Shown here in pieces: positions 56,988 to 60,037 of a DNA stretch of 60,037 bases. Position numbers and translations under genes: made by a program. The first letter of the stretch is position 1; each line of letters begins with the position of its first letter. The notes beneath the pieces were generated by a model that was not told the origin of the DNA, made no database searches, and saw nothing but the letters and a program-made list of their open reading frames with translations. Origin of the DNA: a virus (lineage: Duplodnaviria; Caudoviricetes); the IMG/VR virus record IMGVR_UViG_3300030085_002970, positions 1-60,037 of that record; one strand, written 5' to 3'.

Positions 56988-56994
56988 TGGATAA
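56965..56994 (+). promoter_or_regulatory. Early promoter-like box 7 (GGATAA variant)
   Basis: CACAAATT-aaaaacgaaagctaat-GGATAA with the same 16-nt spacer. Confidence 0.65.
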
Positions 56995-57256
56995 TATAAC
57001 TATGACAGATAAACAATTAAACGAACTAGTAGATAAACTAGCAGGCGCTATGATTAAGCGTATCTACGGTTACGAACAAAAAGATGCTAGAGATAGAATG
57101 TCTTATTATGCTGATGACTTAAACGATCACGCTGTTGGAGAATTAGCTAGGTTAATGACACTAATAAACTTATATGAAGACCGTGAAGAGTACGAAAAGT
57201 GTGCTGCAGTTAAAAAGCATTTAGACAAAGTTAATAAAATTGTAGAAAACTTATGA
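56987..57256 (+). CDS. Hypothetical protein with a C-terminal UVR-like motif
   Basis: EDREEYEKCAAVKK; the true start may be the second Met at 57002. Confidence 0.55.
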   Translation: MDNITMTDKQLNELVDKLAGAMIKRIYGYEQKDARDRMSYYADDLNDHAVGELARLMTLINLYEDREEYEKCAAVKKHLDKVNKIVENL

Positions 57257-57738
57257 ACATATTTTATTTACACCAAAACCCAGAACAAGCCGCTAGGTAT
57301 CAATACAATAAGCATGTTGTTAAAATGATACTTGAGTCAGCTCAAATGTTATGTACCGCACATCACTGTATTATGACTGACGATGCTGATGTACCATATA
57401 AGATAGCACATAAAAACCATCCATCTAGTATATGGGCTAGACAATCAGGTGAAAATTATACATGGTTGTATAGGCACATGATGGAGCTAGGTAGAGAATA
57501 TGAAAGACGTTATGGTAAAAAGCATTTATCTATAATTAAATGTGAAGATCCATTATCTATATTGCCAGGCGGTATATTAGAAACAGGATTAACAAAAATG
57601 CCACAGTGTATGCCTGATGAATACAAAGATGATTGCAGTATACAAGCTTATTGGAACTATTATATACATGGTAAAAAAGATATTGCAAACCTTAAAACCG
57701 AAAAATTATATGAGCAACGACCTAAAGAAACGTATTAA
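57253..57738 (+). CDS. Pyrimidine-dimer DNA glycosylase / DenV-like protein
   Basis: MNIFYL..KHVVKMILESAQML..HKNHPSSIW..EYERRYGKKH..PQCMPDEYK..AYWNYY. Confidence 0.75.
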   Translation: MNIFYLHQNPEQAARYQYNKHVVKMILESAQMLCTAHHCIMTDDADVPYKIAHKNHPSSIWARQSGENYTWLYRHMMELGREYERRYGKKHLSIIKCEDPLSILPGGILETGLTKMPQCMPDEYKDDCSIQAYWNYYIHGKKDIANLKTEKLYEQRPKETY

Positions 57739-57841
57739 GCAATTTAATGAAATTAAATTTGCAAACGATAAAGGCAAAAGAATTATTATCGCATCGTTAA
57801 AACCAGTGGGGACTGTGACAACAGCCCCTAAGAATAATTAA
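57710..57841 (+). CDS. 43-aa hypothetical ORF (start re-called at MSNDL)
   Basis: Fills the gap between the glycosylase and HTH genes. Confidence 0.4.
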   Translation: MSNDLKKRIKQFNEIKFANDKGKRIIIASLKPVGTVTTAPKNN

Positions 57842-57858
57842 TAATAGGCTTATGTCAT
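57814..57858. promoter_or_regulatory. Dyad site C: TGTGACA-N32-TGTCAT, overlapping the start codon of the HTH gene
   Basis: Right arm TAATAGGC-tta-TGTCA as in sites A and B. Confidence 0.65.
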
Positions 57859-58478
57859 ACGATAGAAACCTTACATATTTAAATAATAATAAGATTATAT
57901 ATAGACGCTTACCTATAACTGATAAACCAGATATTGATACTAAAGAGTTTATGTACTTTGAAAACGGAACACATCAGTGTTATGAGTTGTTTCGATCGTC
58001 TGCAAAAATAAATACTTATAAATCTCTTAAATGGCATTTACTTACATTATGGTATTTAAATCCAAGTTTAAATCCTGACAAGTTTACAGATCTAGCATTA
58101 TATATAACTCACAAGCCAAACGGCTTTGTTACTTTTAATATAACAACAGATGCTTTAAATAAAATAATATATGAGATTAGCATGTTAGATCTTGATCGTC
58201 CACCTAAAAACAAGTTGCGTAAAGTTATATTTAAACCTTTTAGTGGATTGACAAAAGAAATGAAATTATCTATTGTAGGTCAACTAATAGGCGTAACAAA
58301 CAAGATACATCCAGATGACATATATGCAGTTATGATAGATATGCATGACATGAATAAAAAGATTACAATAGGACGCATCGCAGGGCTATTAGACTGTTCA
58401 GCTAGAACTATATATAGACACATGTGTAATGATTTAAAAAGAGAAAAAGAATTATTAAACCAACAATTATTAAAATGA
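57852..58478 (+). CDS. DNA-binding protein with a C-terminal helix-turn-helix (regulator or replication initiator)
   Basis: KKITIGRIAGLLDCSARTIYRHM. Confidence 0.7.
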   Translation: MSYDRNLTYLNNNKIIYRRLPITDKPDIDTKEFMYFENGTHQCYELFRSSAKINTYKSLKWHLLTLWYLNPSLNPDKFTDLALYITHKPNGFVTFNITTDALNKIIYEISMLDLDRPPKNKLRKVIFKPFSGLTKEMKLSIVGQLIGVTNKIHPDDIYAVMIDMHDMNKKITIGRIAGLLDCSARTIYRHMCNDLKREKELLNQQLLK

Positions 58479-59227
58479 AAAAATATAATCAAGAAAATTA
58501 TAATAGGTATAAAAACGATTTAAAAGTTAACATAAAACGTATAGGTAAAAAAGAGTGGAAAAGTTATAGTAGAGATGAGTTAATTATTATGTTTATGCCT
58601 TTAGTAGAAAATCTTGCTAGAAAATTTTCAACATCACCTCAAGCTTCTGGTGTTATGACTATAACAGATATGATAGAAGAAGGTAGTGTTGGACTTATTA
58701 AAGCTGTTGATAAGATTATATGGAATACTATATATGAAGCTGATAATCCAGAAAAAAGACTTAAATCTTTTTTAGCTAAACGAATTAAAGGTGCAATACG
58801 TAGAGCTATAGATAATAATCGTGGCAGCATGCGCATACCAGAGCACAAGCTTAATGAAATAAGAAAAGACTTTGATAATGATAAAAAAGCAGCTGAAATG
58901 TATTTTAACTCTATATTTACATCAATAGAAGCTTTAGAAAATAAAAATGTTATATATGATATACCAGATGTTGAAGAAGAATTAAACAATAAAGACATTA
59001 ATAAAGCTTTATTAAAAATACTAGACTTATATTTAAACGATAAAGAGTCTCAAGTTATAAAAATGAGTTATGGACTTGACTGTAATAAAAAGTCTGCTAC
59101 TGAAATAGCTAATCATTTAGGTATTAAAGGCAACAGTTCTTATGTACGTGTTTCGCAGTTAAAAAAGCAAGCTATTGACAAGTTAAAACACAGTGTAAAA
59201 CACTCGCAAGTAGCTGATTATCTGTAA
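58475..59227 (+). CDS. Phage-encoded sigma-70-family RNA polymerase sigma factor
   Basis: Region 2: LVENLARKF..DMIEEGSVGLIKAVDK..RIKGAIRRAI..MRIP. Region 4: VIKMSYGL..SATEIANHLG..VRVSQLKKQAIDKLK. Confidence 0.85.
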   Translation: MKKYNQENYNRYKNDLKVNIKRIGKKEWKSYSRDELIIMFMPLVENLARKFSTSPQASGVMTITDMIEEGSVGLIKAVDKIIWNTIYEADNPEKRLKSFLAKRIKGAIRRAIDNNRGSMRIPEHKLNEIRKDFDNDKKAAEMYFNSIFTSIEALENKNVIYDIPDVEEELNNKDINKALLKILDLYLNDKESQVIKMSYGLDCNKKSATEIANHLGIKGNSSYVRVSQLKKQAIDKLKHSVKHSQVADYL

Positions 59228-59289
59228 GTTACTTTGTTAAAAGTAAAGATTATCGTGTGACTATATATATAACAAAACCAATATACCAA

Positions 59290-59832
59290 ATGACAGAATT
59301 AACTAAAAAATTAGCTGATGTACAGACTAAGTTAAAAGCTAAAAAGTCTTCATACAATAGCTTCGGTAAGTACTACTTCCGTAAAGCTGAAGACATCCTC
59401 GAAGGCGTTAAGCCGTTTTTATTACAACACAATATTTATGTAACAGTATCAGAAGAATTAATTGCTTCAGAGCCTATGCCTATGATACAGACAACTGCTA
59501 CAATTAGCGATGGCAAAAGTGCTATACACGCTACAGCAGTAGTTGGCGTAGATTTACAGCAGAAAGGTATGCAGACTGCTCAACAATTTGGTGCAGCTTC
59601 TACTTATGCTAAAAAATATGCGCTTGGCAATTTATTTTTAATTGATGATACTGAAGATGCTGATGCTACAAACAAACACGGCAAAGCACAACAGGTTACA
59701 CAAAAGCCAAAAGCTAAAATAACAAAAGATCAAATGACTAAAGCTATTGAATTTGTAAAAGGCGGTGGATCAGTAGATGCTATTAAAAAGAAATATGAAC
59801 TAACACCAGCGCAAATTAAACAACTAGCTTAA
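59290..59832 (+). CDS. ERF-family ssDNA-annealing protein (start re-called at MTELTKK)
   Basis: KAKKSSYNSFGKYYFRKAEDIL..QQFGAASTYAKKYALGNLFLIDD..DAD. Confidence 0.82.
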   Translation: MTELTKKLADVQTKLKAKKSSYNSFGKYYFRKAEDILEGVKPFLLQHNIYVTVSEELIASEPMPMIQTTATISDGKSAIHATAVVGVDLQQKGMQTAQQFGAASTYAKKYALGNLFLIDDTEDADATNKHGKAQQVTQKPKAKITKDQMTKAIEFVKGGGSVDAIKKKYELTPAQIKQLA

Positions 59833-60037
59833 TGACAAAAGAAATTTACACTAAACTAAGAAACGATGAGCACTATTATGGTGACTTTGGCAAACAGTTT
59901 CTAAGCAACTCGGATATAAGTGTATTACTTAAAAATCCTAAAGACTTGCATAAACCAAAGCCTAGTAGTCCAGCGTTTTTAGTTGGCGGTTACTTTCATA
60001 CCGCAATACTTGAGCCTGATAAACTCAAACGGTTTAA
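59832..60037 (+). CDS. ExoVIII/RecE-like PD-(D/E)xK exonuclease, N-terminus; 3' truncated
   Basis: Translated by hand: ..DEHYYG..FLSNSDISVLLKNP..AFLVGGYFHTAILEPDK; coupled to the ERF gene. Confidence 0.65.
   Translation, partial: MTKEIYTKLRNDEHYYGDFGKQFLSNSDISVLLKNPKDLHKPKPSSPAFLVGGYFHTAILEPDKLKRF

Noticed and set aside
51603-56994. CRISPR array or attC-type cassette array explaining the repeats
   Set aside because: The repeats are bipartite with variable middles, irregularly spaced hundreds of bases apart, non-palindromic and separated by ORFs. No cas or integron integrase gene is visible.
1-60037. Stop-codon reassignment or introns/inteins as in some crAss-like phages
   Set aside because: Genes tile densely and intact under the standard code; terL, portal and capsid genes look uninterrupted.

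Overview
This window is a large part of an AT-rich tailed dsDNA phage genome in the standard genetic code. It most resembles the uncultivated marine Bacteroidota (Flavobacteriia) podovirus-like phages with a crAss-related structural module. Host inference rests on a T9SS-type C-terminal domain, an Hc1-like gene and AT-rich leaders without Shine-Dalgarno sites. Layout: (1) 1-762 (+) ends a replication/nucleotide module with a class II RNR and an Hc1-like protein, closed by a bidirectional terminator. (2) 791-51320 (-) is the late arm: GroEL/GroES, holin, terminase, portal, scaffold, major capsid protein, tail ring proteins, a 3364-aa tail protein, a 2437-aa multi-enzyme internal protein, small basic proteins, envelope-targeted proteins and a DUF5675 lysin candidate. 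(3) A GC-rich divergence region at about 51320-51660. (4) 51664-60037 (+) is the early/middle arm: many small ORFs, Gp88-like, DenV-like glycosylase, HTH protein, sigma factor, ERF and an ExoVIII-like nuclease. Most notable signals read from the sequence: seven fixed-spacing CACAAATT-N16-RGATAA boxes; three GTGACA...TGTCA(C/T) dyad sites, one covering the start codon of the HTH gene; GTGTATAGCA boxes beside hairpins; a candidate structured RNA; a phage-encoded T9SS cargo with a possible envelope module; and a shared MAFK(L/M)/SPxK motif on basic late proteins. All product calls come from motif recognition by eye; no database searches were run.
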